Positions 48,368-58,161 are shown, counted from the first letter of the stretch. The stretch: 64,000 nucleotides of DNA from Candidatus Cloacimonadales bacterium (GCA_963665815.1 OY762463.1:2784001-2848000); one strand, 5' to 3'. Notes: generated from the sequence alone by a model not told the origin. Numbers and translations are program-made.

Positions 48368-49036
48368 ATGGCTATTCATCTAATCAGAGAAATTGATAAA
48401 CTGAAAAAAATGATAATTCACCTCAGTGATCTTGTTGAGAAGAACATTAAAGCTACAATGAAAGCTGTGATGGAAAACGATCCTGAGCTTGCTCAGAAGG
48501 TGATCAAAAGAGATGAAGATATTGACAGTATGGAAATTGAGATTGAAGAAGAATGTCTTAAAACTTTTGCACTGTATCAGCCTGTAGCAAACGATTTAAG
48601 ATTCATTGTTGCGATTCTCAAGGTAAATAATGATATGGAAAGAATCGGTGATCTTGCAGCAAACATAGCCAAGGCTGCTATATTCCTTCAGGATTTCGAG
48701 GTAAAAAGCTGTCTCCAGGAACTGGAGTTTGAATTGACTGCAAGCAAAGCTCTCAATATGTTCAAGAAGAGCTTCGATTCTTTATTAAGTCTTGACGCTA
48801 AAGTTGCTCTTGATGTTTGCCAGTCAGATGATGAAGTTGATGATCTGGTGCATAAAGCACACAAAAAAATTCAGAAGTATATGGTAGCATCACCAGACCA
48901 TATAGAATATTTATTGAGAATATTATACATTTTCAGACATTTAGAAAGAATTGCCGATCTTTCAACAAATGTTGCAGAAGACACAGTATACCTGAAAGAG
49001 GGCAATATAATTAGACATGGAAATGATATAGAATAA
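48368..49036 (+). CDS. phoU: phosphate signalling protein PhoU
   Basis: QPVANDLR, ERIGDLA.NIA, DDEVD, LERIAD. Confidence 0.95.
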   Translation: MAIHLIREIDKLKKMIIHLSDLVEKNIKATMKAVMENDPELAQKVIKRDEDIDSMEIEIEEECLKTFALYQPVANDLRFIVAILKVNNDMERIGDLAANIAKAAIFLQDFEVKSCLQELEFELTASKALNMFKKSFDSLLSLDAKVALDVCQSDDEVDDLVHKAHKKIQKYMVASPDHIEYLLRILYIFRHLERIADLSTNVAEDTVYLKEGNIIRHGNDIE

Positions 49037-49078
49037 AATAGATTAATCAGTATCCTGATCAAGACTGACTGATGTATT

Positions 49079-49576
49079 TTACTGGTCAGTCTTTTTTTCC
49101 ATATAAAATCTTAATTTGCGCATGGCTTTCTTATATTTCTGCCTTATTTTTTCTCGTCTCTGATCCATAATTTTAGCAATTTGAGATAGAGGTAAATCTT
49201 TTTCATACATATACTTAATTATCTCAATTTCTTCATTAGTCATTGTGCTTGGGAATTCTGCTATTACTTCTGATTTTTCCTGACTCAGTTCTTGTTCCGG
49301 TTTGTCATCAGCAAGGATATCCGTGTTAAGGTCTGCAGATGCTCCGGAATATGTAATTTCTTTATCAAGAAACTTAAGGATTCTTTTTCGAATCCAGAAT
49401 AATGCATAAGAAGAAAACTGAGTTCCTTTGCTCGGATCATACCGGGTCTGAGCTTCCAGAACTCCAAGCAATCCTTCCTGGACAAGGTCATCATAAGAAT
49501 TGCAATACTTTGCGTATTTACGTGCTACTGAATGTACAAATGCTATGGTTTTTTCATTAATTATATTCTCTGACAT
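49079..49576 (-). CDS. short sigma70-family sigma factor (regions 2 and 4)
   Basis: YDDLVQEGLLG..YDPSKGTQFSSYA.FWIR (region 2), LSQIAKIM..REKIRQ..KAMRKLR (region 4); TAATG overlap with phoR stop. Confidence 0.82.
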   Translation of the reverse strand: MSENIINEKTIAFVHSVARKYAKYCNSYDDLVQEGLLGVLEAQTRYDPSKGTQFSSYALFWIRKRILKFLDKEITYSGASADLNTDILADDKPEQELSQEKSEVIAEFPSTMTNEEIEIIKYMYEKDLPLSQIAKIMDQRREKIRQKYKKAMRKLRFYMEKKTDQ

Positions 49577-51312
49577 TAATTTTCCTGTTTTAATGGTATT
49601 TTTACGATGAATTCAGTTCCCTGATTCATTTTACTATTCACATCTATTGTGCCTTTATGTTTCAGAACAACATGTTTTACAATACTTAAGCCAAGTCCGG
49701 TCCCACCGTATTTTTTGGATCTGGATTTATCTACAACATAGAATCGTTCAAACAAATGTGGAATATTGGACTCAGGAATTCCTGCACCAGAGTCTTTTAC
49801 TGAAAACACAACATAGTTTGATTTGATACTGCAACTGAGGCTTATTGTACCTTCATCTGTATATTGATATGCATTCTGAAGCAGGTTGATGAGTACCTGT
49901 TCTATCCTGAAGTCATCCAGATAAACCTGTGGGAGGTTTTCCTGTACATCAATAACAAACTCAATATTCTTTTTTTGAAATTTATCAGTAAATAACGAAG
50001 CTGCATTATTAAGAATTTGATTCAAGTCAGACAATTTATAGTCAAATTTTATATCTCTTTCTACCGTAGCAAGATGCAGTAGATCTTTCACTATATTCAC
50101 CAGTCTGTTTGTATTTCTGTCGATAACATCCAGATAGTGCTTTTGAGAGGGATCAGTGACCTCATCCTGTAGAGCTTCCATAAATCCTTTGATAGCTGTT
50201 AATGGGGTTTTAAGTTCATGCGAGACATTCAGCATCAGATCTTTTTTCATTCTAACCAGCTTTTCATATTCACTGATATCGTGGAAGATTACCACAACAT
50301 GTTCAAAGTCAGGCAAGAATGACATACTACACAAAAAGTGACTTTCATTAATATCTATTTCAAAGTTTTTGTCAGTTCTGTTTTCAAAAACAGATTCTAT
50401 TTTATTGCTGATATCAATATCGCGCATTATCTCCCAATAGTGAACTTGAGATTCTGATAAAATCGGGAACTGCTGTTTGAATTTCTGGTTACTCTTTATT
50501 ATAATACCATCTTTAGTGATAAGACATAGAGCTTCTTGTATGTAAGTGATGGTTGCATTCAGAATTTCCTTCTGGTGCTGCAGTTCTTCCATCGAGTTTC
50601 TCAAAGAATCCACCATCAGATTGAAGCTGTCGGCCACATCTCTGAGTTCATCGGTACGTTTTAGATGCACTTTTGTATTGTAATATCCTTGAGTTACTTT
50701 TCTTGTGGCAGCAGCAAGTATTTGGATTGGTCTGGAAATACCTCGAGTGAAGAGGTAGGCGACAACGAGTGTTATCATAAGAGTGATAAGCAGGATATTG
50801 ATAATTTCTGCCTGAAGAGAATTCAGCAGTTCATTCAGTTTACTCATGTACATGCTGACACGGAGTACACCATAGAATTCACCGTTGTATGCTACCGGAA
50901 TTGCCAGATAGAACATTCTTTTCTGAAGTGTATTACTGTATCTGATAGAAACACCAATATTCTTATCGAATGCCTGTTTTATCTCAGGTCTGTTCAAGTG
51001 GTTGTTCATTTCCAGGGGATTTTTATCTGATTCTGCCAGAACTTTTCCCTTAGGGTTAACAATTGTAATTCTGACATTTATCTTTTCTGAGAGTTCTTCA
51101 ACCAGTTTTGTCAGTTCCTGATAATCGTTTACAGACCATACTGAAGATATTTTCTGCTCAATCAGATAGGCAGTATTTACCATATGTTCTTTGAAGCTCT
51201 GTTTATAATTACTTGTTATGAGTCGAAAGGCAAAGTAAGAATAAAATGCAGCGAAAAGAAGAACAGTGAGTACATACCCGCTGAAAATCTTATAGAAAAT
51301 TTTGTTTCTCAT
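49576..51312 (-). CDS. phoR: PhoR-like sensor histidine kinase
   Basis: NHLNRPEI sensor motif, HAMP, PAS-like region, NVSHELKTPLT, FERFYVVDKSRS..GGTGLGL. Confidence 0.9.
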   Translation of the reverse strand: MRNKIFYKIFSGYVLTVLLFAAFYSYFAFRLITSNYKQSFKEHMVNTAYLIEQKISSVWSVNDYQELTKLVEELSEKINVRITIVNPKGKVLAESDKNPLEMNNHLNRPEIKQAFDKNIGVSIRYSNTLQKRMFYLAIPVAYNGEFYGVLRVSMYMSKLNELLNSLQAEIINILLITLMITLVVAYLFTRGISRPIQILAAATRKVTQGYYNTKVHLKRTDELRDVADSFNLMVDSLRNSMEELQHQKEILNATITYIQEALCLITKDGIIIKSNQKFKQQFPILSESQVHYWEIMRDIDISNKIESVFENRTDKNFEIDINESHFLCSMSFLPDFEHVVVIFHDISEYEKLVRMKKDLMLNVSHELKTPLTAIKGFMEALQDEVTDPSQKHYLDVIDRNTNRLVNIVKDLLHLATVERDIKFDYKLSDLNQILNNAASLFTDKFQKKNIEFVIDVQENLPQVYLDDFRIEQVLINLLQNAYQYTDEGTISLSCSIKSNYVVFSVKDSGAGIPESNIPHLFERFYVVDKSRSKKYGGTGLGLSIVKHVVLKHKGTIDVNSKMNQGTEFIVKIPLKQEN

Positions 51313-51320
51313 ATAATCAC

Positions 51321-52007
51321 TTACTGATCAAGTTCCAGTTTGTAACCAACTCCCCTGACATTCTTAATAAATTTACCGGCATCTCCCAATTTTTCTCTGA
51401 GGTTTTTGACGTGTACATCAACAGTTCGGTCGATAACTGCTTTCTCTTTTCCCCAGAGATAATCAAGTATCTTGTCACGACTGAAAACCCAGCCCTGTTT
51501 CTCAATAAATAGTTTGAGAAGCTTGAATTCGGTAGAGGTTAAATCAACTTTTTTGTTTTGTACCCATACTTCATAAGTATTGGTGTTCATTTTGAGATAT
51601 CCGCTGATTCCGATTGTTTCGGATTTATCGACTTTTTTTGTTCTTCTGATAATTGCTTTGACTCTGGCAACCAGTTCACGGGGAGAAAATGGTTTGGTTA
51701 TGTAGTCATCCGCTCCAAGTTCAAGACCTATAATTTTATCCATTTCATCATCTTTTGCTGTGAGCATTATTACAGGTATTGTTTCATATTCACGATGCTT
51801 TCTGATCTCCTTGCAAATATCCATTCCATCTACATCCGGTAGCATAAGATCAAGGACGATTAATGCCGGGATGTCTGTTTTCATAGCTTTCCAGAAGTCA
51901 GGTGCGTTATCAAATGACACAGGAGTGAAGCCGGATTTGTTAAGATTGAGAGCAACGAGGTCAAGAATGTCTTGTTCATCATCAAGAACATATATTAACT
52001 TATTCAA
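51321..52007 (-). CDS. phoB: PhoB/OmpR-family response regulator
   Basis: LDLMLPD, GADDYITKPFSPREL, RTVDVH..LREKL, VRGVGY; pst context; TTG start after AAGGAG. Confidence 0.88.
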   Translation of the reverse strand: MNKLIYVLDDEQDILDLVALNLNKSGFTPVSFDNAPDFWKAMKTDIPALIVLDLMLPDVDGMDICKEIRKHREYETIPVIMLTAKDDEMDKIIGLELGADDYITKPFSPRELVARVKAIIRRTKKVDKSETIGISGYLKMNTNTYEVWVQNKKVDLTSTEFKLLKLFIEKQGWVFSRDKILDYLWGKEKAVIDRTVDVHVKNLREKLGDAGKFIKNVRGVGYKLELDQ

Positions 52008-52146
52008 AATATCTCCTTGAGAGCTTCACTTATTGTGAAATCTCTCTGTTAATTTAAATTCATTGACATTATTTAATACCTGGGTGTCAATTATTTTCTT
52101 ACATGTATCATACAAAATTAAATATGTAATTTTATTGGAGAAAAAT

Positions 52147-52665
52147 GTGAGACTCATTGTTGAAACTGACAGACTTATATTGAGAGAATTATGTAAAAAT
52201 GATCTTGTTGATTTAGCGGAAATTCTTCAGGATCCAATCACAATGAAGTACTACGAGCATGTCTTCACTGATGATGAAGTTCTTGACTGGTACAATAGAC
52301 AGATTGATCGTTACAAGAATGATGGAATTGGTTTATGGGGAGTTATACTCAAAGAGACAGGTAAGATGATTGGACAGATTGGGTTAACAGTGCAATTAGT
52401 AGAAGACACGAAAGAAATTGAAATAGGTTACCTTTTGAATAGGCGTTTCTGGCATAAAGGCTTTGCAATAGAAGCAGCTGCAGCTTGTAAGGATTATGCA
52501 TTTAATGTGCTGAATCTTACCAGAGTTGTCAGTATTATCCGCGACATAAATACCCCATCTCAAAAAGTAGCAGAAAAAAACGGTATGCAGATCGAAAAAG
52601 AGTTTACAAAACATTACTATGGTATGGATATGAAACATGTTTTGTATGTTATAGAGAAACAATAA
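52147..52665 (+). CDS. GNAT (RimJ/RimL) N-acetyltransferase
   Basis: ETDRLILR, EIGY..WHKGFA.EAA, N.PSQKVAEKNGM; GTG 52147 after GGAG. Confidence 0.85.
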   Translation: MRLIVETDRLILRELCKNDLVDLAEILQDPITMKYYEHVFTDDEVLDWYNRQIDRYKNDGIGLWGVILKETGKMIGQIGLTVQLVEDTKEIEIGYLLNRRFWHKGFAIEAAAACKDYAFNVLNLTRVVSIIRDINTPSQKVAEKNGMQIEKEFTKHYYGMDMKHVLYVIEKQ

Positions 52666-52688
52666 ATGTCTCATTGAAAGGAGAAGAA

Positions 52689-53912
52689 ATGAATAAAGTT
52701 AAAGAAAGATTCCTTAAATATGTCGGTTTTTCCACACAATCTGACTCAGAAAGCAGTACATGCCCCAGCACTCATGGTCAATTTGTAATGGGAGAATATC
52801 TCGTAAACGAACTGAAAGAGATCGGTCTCAAAGATGTTAAGATAGATGATAACGGCTATGTGACAGCTCTTCTGCCGGCAAACACTAAGAAAGTGATTCA
52901 GACTGTCGGTTTCATTGCTCACATGGATACATCACCTGATATGTCAGGTGAAAATGTTAATCCTCAGATTATCGAAAATTATCAGGGAGATGATATTGTA
53001 CTTAACAAGGAAAACAATATAGTTCTCAGCCCTGCTGAATTTCCTAAACTGAAGAACTATATTGGGAATGATATTATCACAACCGACGGTACTACACTTC
53101 TGGGGGCAGACGATAAAGCAGGTGTTGCAGAAATTGTAACAGCGATGGAGTATCTTATCGCTAATCCGGACATTGAACACGGTGATATAAAAGTTGGTTT
53201 TACTCCTGATGAAGAAATTGGCAGAGGTGCAGACAAGTTTGATGTAGAAGCTTTCAATGCTGATTTCGCATACACTATAGATGGGGGGGAAGTTGGAGAA
53301 CTTGAGTACGAAAACTTTAACGCAGCTTTTGCATCCATTGAGATTCAAGGAAGAAATGTACATCCCGGAACAGCAAAAAATGCCATGATTAACTCTATGG
53401 CTCTGGCTATGGAACTGCATTCTCTTCTGCCTGTGCATCAGGTTCCGGAAGCAACAGAAAACTATGAAGGTTTTTTTCATCTGATTAATTTTGACGGGTC
53501 AGTGGAAAAGACTTCTATAGCCTATATTATCCGTGATCATGATATGGAGAAGTTTGAAGAGAAGAAAGAGCTGATGAAACAAGTTGTTGAATTCATGAAT
53601 AAGAAGTATGCTAACAGATTTGTACTGATTCTCAAAGATTCTTATTACAATATGCGTGAAAAAATCGAACCGGTAATGTATGTGGTTGAACTTGCCAGAA
53701 AATCAATGGAACAGGAAGGCATAAAGCCGCTTATTCATCCTATTCGTGGTGGTACTGACGGAGCAAGATTGTCCTATATGGGGCTTCCAACACCTAACAT
53801 ATTCACAGGTGGACATAACTTCCATGGAAAATTCGAGTACATTCCGATTCAATCTATGGAACAAGCAGTAAAAACAATTATCAGGATAGTACAGAACCTG
53901 ACAAAAATCTAA
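52689..53912 (+). CDS. pepT: peptidase T (tripeptidase)
   Basis: AHMDT, LLGADDKAG, FTPDEEIG, IRGGTDG, NFHGKFE. Confidence 0.95.
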   Translation: MNKVKERFLKYVGFSTQSDSESSTCPSTHGQFVMGEYLVNELKEIGLKDVKIDDNGYVTALLPANTKKVIQTVGFIAHMDTSPDMSGENVNPQIIENYQGDDIVLNKENNIVLSPAEFPKLKNYIGNDIITTDGTTLLGADDKAGVAEIVTAMEYLIANPDIEHGDIKVGFTPDEEIGRGADKFDVEAFNADFAYTIDGGEVGELEYENFNAAFASIEIQGRNVHPGTAKNAMINSMALAMELHSLLPVHQVPEATENYEGFFHLINFDGSVEKTSIAYIIRDHDMEKFEEKKELMKQVVEFMNKKYANRFVLILKDSYYNMREKIEPVMYVVELARKSMEQEGIKPLIHPIRGGTDGARLSYMGLPTPNIFTGGHNFHGKFEYIPIQSMEQAVKTIIRIVQNLTKI

Positions 53913-53938
53913 AAAAAATTATTTCGGTTAAATGCAAT

Positions 53939-53968
53939 AAGAGACGCTTCAATTGGCGTCTCTTTTTT
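53939..53968 (+). terminator. intrinsic terminator of pepT
   Basis: AAGAGACGC/GCGTCTCTT followed by TTTT. Confidence 0.85.
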
Positions 53969-54007
53969 GAGCAGGATTTATCCGGTGAAGTTATAACGAA
54001 GCCGGAA

Positions 54008-54048
54008 ACCACCCCGTCCCTTTGGGCACCCCTCCACAGGATGGGAAT
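54008..54048. repeat. GC-rich REP-like double hairpin
   Basis: ACCACCCC-GTCC-CTTT-GGGC-A-CCCCTCC-ACA-GGATGGG-AAT; single copy in this window, REP-like from recalled pattern only. Confidence 0.45.
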
Positions 54049-54049
54049 T

Positions 54050-54360
54050 ATGTCCTCTGTTTGCTGTTAATCTATTTTTGCTCTGCCCAAATCGCTTAGA
54101 GACAACCGGACGTTTGTCTTAAATATCGGAGTATGTCGACTATGTCGATTTCGCATTGACACAGTCAATGCACTCCAAAAATAGCTCATAGATCCAGTTA
54201 AGCCCACCGTTGCGAAGGTACTGTGACCATTGCAAGGTTTTGGGATAATTACGAAGGGCATTACATTGATATCGCGAAGCGTTATTAAGTTCTCCTCTAT
54301 AAATGAGTACGTTTCGTAATAATGGCGTGGGATTCTGGTAGATCCGGGAAAGGCATTAAT
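54050..54360. other. highly structured non-coding element (ncRNA or ssDNA-hairpin mobile repeat)
   Basis: Nested stems: CTATTTTTG 54072/CAAAAATAG 54176, AGACAA/TTGTCT, GGAGT/ACTCC, TCGAC-TAT-GTCGA, GCATTGAC-ACA-GTCAATGC, CCAG/CTGG, CCCAC/GTGGG, ATTACGAA/TTCGTAAT. Confidence 0.6.
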
Positions 54361-54373
54361 ATATGTAAAATTA

Positions 54374-54739
54374 TTAGAGTAGTAAAAAATGGCGTGGGTA
54401 ATTCTCTTTCAGGGTGGATTTGAGTATTTTAAACTGCTGGTTGAGATCTGAATATTTCTGCTTATAGTCGTTACTGTTATGGCTTTTACTTGCTGCTTCA
54501 AGTTCATGGGCAGCTTTCCTGAGTGAGGGTAAGGATAAATTGGCTGAAGAACCTTTAATACTGTGGCTCATTACTCTAATGATGTGGTGGTCGGATTCAC
54601 GAATTGCATCGTTAATATCAGACAGCAAACCTTCAGTATATTCTATGAACTCATTAAGAAGTTCAAAATAGTCATTGTAACTTCCAATAAGCTCAATGCT
54701 TTTTTCAGGTATTATAATTTCTTTAATATCTTTCTCCAT
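54374..54739 (-). CDS. stand-alone Hpt (histidine phosphotransfer) protein
   Basis: SHSIKGSSANL..L...AHELE motif. Confidence 0.85.
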   Translation of the reverse strand: MEKDIKEIIIPEKSIELIGSYNDYFELLNEFIEYTEGLLSDINDAIRESDHHIIRVMSHSIKGSSANLSLPSLRKAAHELEAASKSHNSNDYKQKYSDLNQQFKILKSTLKENYPRHFLLL

Positions 54740-54748
54740 ACTTATCCA

Positions 54749-55939
54749 CTATTTATAAAGACTTTTACAATACTTACGTATAATAAGTACATTTGTCAAC
54801 CAAATAACTGATAATATTACAAGTGAAGACAAAATGGATGTAAGGAGATTAACATTAGAGGTTGTGAATCCTGAATTTTCCAGTAAAGAATTAAGGCCTG
54901 AAACAGCTAGTATCTGAGTGGTAATAATTATCATAATCAAAGAGATAATAACTCTTGAGAAGTCTTTAATGAATATCCCTGATATTTTCCTTGTATTATT
55001 CCCAAGTAAATACAAAGTTTCTATTTCCGGCTGTGAACTGAGAATTTTCAGAAACGAATTGGTGTAGAATACAAGAAACGAGAGAATCACGAAAAGAAGT
55101 CCAGCCCCTGCAAGGATATTAAGTGCAAGTATAAGAGTTCTACGATATCTGTAGTTGAATGAATTTGAGTTTAGTATCTTCAGGTTATTACGACTGATAT
55201 AATCCAGGAGTTTATCATTATCTTTTTCTGATTTGACTATCAGCTTTCTGAATGCTGTAGAGCTATCTCCATACATATCATTCATTTTCTCAAGAAATCC
55301 ATATGGAACAAGTATTGTGCTTATTCGCTGAGATACACCTTCTACTCTGGCTTTAAATTCCTTAGAACCTGATTTCCCTGAAACATAGAGATTAAGAGGA
55401 ATTGTATTAACAACTTCCGGAGTTATTCTCGGAAGTCCTCTCGAGGGAGCAAAACCGAAATTATACAATGCCAGAAAATCGGCAGATATTATCAATGGAA
55501 CAGTTTCGGAATCTTCATTCCATTCGAAGTTCTTTACATCAAAGTCCAGAAACTTATCCGGTACTGCTTCCAGAAAGATCTCTGAGTGATAATTTGAGTG
55601 CCTGAACAGGAAATTCGTAGATGCTGAAGCACTGAAATGATTACTCAAAAATCCTGATACATCCTCAATACCTGCTATTGCTTTTACTCCATTCAATTCT
55701 TCATCTGAGAATCTGAGCTTTGCATCGGAAATACCGGGTTCAACTGTCTTTGATATAATCAGATAGTCTTTCTGAGAGTCCACATTTGATACAGGAGAAA
55801 AAAATTGAAGTGCAAAATAAACTGTAAGTGAATATAGTAATACACCAAGAATAAGTCCGATTGAAGACACGATCAGTTTCAGATCAGGTTTATCTGTTTT
55901 ACAGGCCTTTTTCAGAAGTTTTGGTTTGTTTTTACTCAT
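54749..55939 (-). CDS. FtsX-like ABC permease
   Basis: N-terminal TM, periplasmic FLEAVPD..VPLII..FLALYNFGFAPSRGLP, three C-terminal TMs. Confidence 0.75.
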   Translation of the reverse strand: MSKNKPKLLKKACKTDKPDLKLIVSSIGLILGVLLYSLTVYFALQFFSPVSNVDSQKDYLIISKTVEPGISDAKLRFSDEELNGVKAIAGIEDVSGFLSNHFSASASTNFLFRHSNYHSEIFLEAVPDKFLDFDVKNFEWNEDSETVPLIISADFLALYNFGFAPSRGLPRITPEVVNTIPLNLYVSGKSGSKEFKARVEGVSQRISTILVPYGFLEKMNDMYGDSSTAFRKLIVKSEKDNDKLLDYISRNNLKILNSNSFNYRYRRTLILALNILAGAGLLFVILSFLVFYTNSFLKILSSQPEIETLYLLGNNTRKISGIFIKDFSRVIISLIMIIITTQILAVSGLNSLLENSGFTTSNVNLLTSILSSLVILSVIWLTNVLIIRKYCKSLYK

Positions 55940-56559
55940 AAGATGTAATTTGTCAGATTTTTCAGTATGTGATTTTCGCTGCCGAGAGAAGTGATTATCA
56001 GTCCGGCATTATTTGATTTCACCCTTTCCATTATCAGTGATGCAGCTTTTTGAGCGTTACTATCATCAATATGACTGAATGGTTCGTCCAACAGCAGCAT
56101 TGTAAATGGTTTACATATAGCTCTGATAATAGCTGTTCTCTGTTTTTGTCCCCAGGAGAGCTGATTAACAGGTTTATCTTTATGCTCAAGGATATCAAGA
56201 ATTCTTAGAAAATCATCAATCTCAGTCTCTTCTTCTGATGAATTCAGTTGAATATTCTCCATAACACTTAAATGGTTAACAAGCTTTAAGTCCTGAAACA
56301 CAATGGAAAATTCTTTTGCTCTGAGTTCGGAAAGTTCATTGGTGTTGAGTGTCTTAATGTCTTTGTCATCAATTTCCACGCTACCGGAATAATCTGTTCT
56401 ATATCCGTAAATATTGTGGATGAAAGTTGATTTACCTTTGCCTGATCCGGCAGTCACTCTGTAGTATTGTCCGGATTGAAAAAGAGTATCCGATCCCCAT
56501 ATCTCAGAGGATTCGGATACTTTAAATTGTGGTTTGAGATTGTTAACTCTAATTTTCAT
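55936..56559 (-). CDS. ABC ATPase (LolD-like, atypical motifs)
   Basis: AGSGKGKST, VFQDLKL, LSWGQKQR, LLLDEPFSH, ITSLG. Confidence 0.85.
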   Translation of the reverse strand: MKIRVNNLKPQFKVSESSEIWGSDTLFQSGQYYRVTAGSGKGKSTFIHNIYGYRTDYSGSVEIDDKDIKTLNTNELSELRAKEFSIVFQDLKLVNHLSVMENIQLNSSEEETEIDDFLRILDILEHKDKPVNQLSWGQKQRTAIIRAICKPFTMLLLDEPFSHIDDSNAQKAASLIMERVKSNNAGLIITSLGSENHILKNLTNYIL

Positions 56560-58153
56560 TAGCAGCTTGAGCAATTCCTTTTATAATTGGAGTAATTATA
56601 TTGAATAATTCTTCTTTAGAATCTGCATCTTTGTTTTTGAATTGCAAAATCCCTTCTGCATGATCAATGTTTGAGCTGCTTTCAATATAATCAAACTTAT
56701 TTATTCCGTTTCTTACAATGTAGAGTAAATCTGACTCTTCCTGACTCAGTTTAGCCATTGCAGATGCAAGATCAAGTATCTCAGGAATACCATCAAATGA
56801 AAAATGAACATAAAAATTCTTATTTTTAGCTGCATCTTTATAATATCCGGTTTTAGAGCTATCGAATTTTTCATTTCCTGCTATTCCAGCAATAGTTTTA
56901 GGATTGCTGCTGAATCCGATATAATTATCTGTTATGGCAATTTCACCAAAATCAAGAGCATAAGTTCCGCGAGATGTTTTCAGATTAACAAGCTGGGCTT
57001 TGACGATTTCATTTTCCAGAATACTCTTATCTTTTATTTTGGCAATTACAGACACTGCTGGATTGCTGATATTGTTTCCTAGGGAGATTGCAAAATCACC
57101 TTCGAAAAGGGCAAGAACACTTGCAAAAGGTATGCCCATTGCTGACAACATTTGCTCACCCTGAGTAATCTGAGAACCAAGTTGTGGATCTGTTTTTACA
57201 AATTCCAGTATTGTTGTGAAGAATGACTCAAAGTCAAAAGAGAACATTGTAAACATAATACCATCATGTGGAATATGTTCAATCATGTTTGTATCAATAT
57301 TCTTATAAAAACCCTTCATGAAGTTAAGGATTGTTTTCTTTGCACTGGAATTATAATATGCATCAGCGGTAGAAACAATTTTACCTTTTTCAAAGCTGAC
57401 TACTGTATGAGAATACATCTCTGAACCGGCAATCTTTTCAATTAAACCATCGAAAATTTCAAAGTTCATTACACTGGCTGCTGCAGGATACTGTTTCAGA
57501 TCTTCGAGCATTACTTTAAAATCTTCAGCTTTTGTAACAACCCAGAAACCTGCATCTTTACCTTTAACAAGATATTCAACAAGATTTTTATTGCTCAACA
57601 TTTTACCTGTTCTGTTAAATTTGTTATCAATATCAGATGGTGTAAGGTTCTGTGATATGGATATCAATAAATCACTTGTATCCCAGGCAATTTTAAGTAT
57701 ATCCTTTTCCAGAACAGTACATCTCATAAGCTTATTCTTTGCCATGTCACCAATGAATGGATCAATAAATCCTTCGAACTTTTTACTGTCTTTGAGTGGT
57801 ATAACCAGTTCCACAGTTGCATCAATTTGTCCGGCTTGAATTTTCTTTACATCTACTTGTCTTTGATTTGATGCTAAAATAAGATGTTTGCTTTCATCAA
57901 TTCCAAGAGCCGCAAGATTACTGATTTTTATATCAGGAGCTCCATCAAATGCTGATAATGCTGTTCCAATAATAGTTGATATCAGATCAGGATCGATTTC
58001 TGCAATAATTCTTGTGTTATCATCAAGAAGTTTTACTGAAGATTCATTAACCTGTATTTCACCCTTTGCTGTTTGTTTAAATACGAAATTATACACTGCA
58101 AATCCTGCTGCAGCAACGATTAAAATAATTAAAATAATTCTCAGGGCTTTCAT
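56549..58153 (-). CDS. membrane-anchored DUF4836/DUF3352-like protein
   Basis: N-terminal TM; LGID..LIL..IPLKDSKKF; VSFEKGKI; context with ABC ATPase and permease. Confidence 0.55.
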   Translation of the reverse strand: MKALRIILIILIVAAAGFAVYNFVFKQTAKGEIQVNESSVKLLDDNTRIIAEIDPDLISTIIGTALSAFDGAPDIKISNLAALGIDESKHLILASNQRQVDVKKIQAGQIDATVELVIPLKDSKKFEGFIDPFIGDMAKNKLMRCTVLEKDILKIAWDTSDLLISISQNLTPSDIDNKFNRTGKMLSNKNLVEYLVKGKDAGFWVVTKAEDFKVMLEDLKQYPAAASVMNFEIFDGLIEKIAGSEMYSHTVVSFEKGKIVSTADAYYNSSAKKTILNFMKGFYKNIDTNMIEHIPHDGIMFTMFSFDFESFFTTILEFVKTDPQLGSQITQGEQMLSAMGIPFASVLALFEGDFAISLGNNISNPAVSVIAKIKDKSILENEIVKAQLVNLKTSRGTYALDFGEIAITDNYIGFSSNPKTIAGIAGNEKFDSSKTGYYKDAAKNKNFYVHFSFDGIPEILDLASAMAKLSQEESDLLYIVRNGINKFDYIESSSNIDHAEGILQFKNKDADSKEELFNIITPIIKGIAQAANEN

Positions 58154-58161
58154 AGTCCCTC

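Noticed and set aside
54067-54261. 64-aa ORF from the track
   Set aside because: No clear RBS or recognisable motif, atypical composition, and it coincides with the hairpin element.
54050-54360. tmRNA, RNase P, HEARO/omegaRNA, retron msr-msd or cobalamin riboswitch
   Set aside because: I found none of their conserved motifs and no adjacent RT, TnpB or IscB. The position between convergent 3' ends also argues against a riboswitch.
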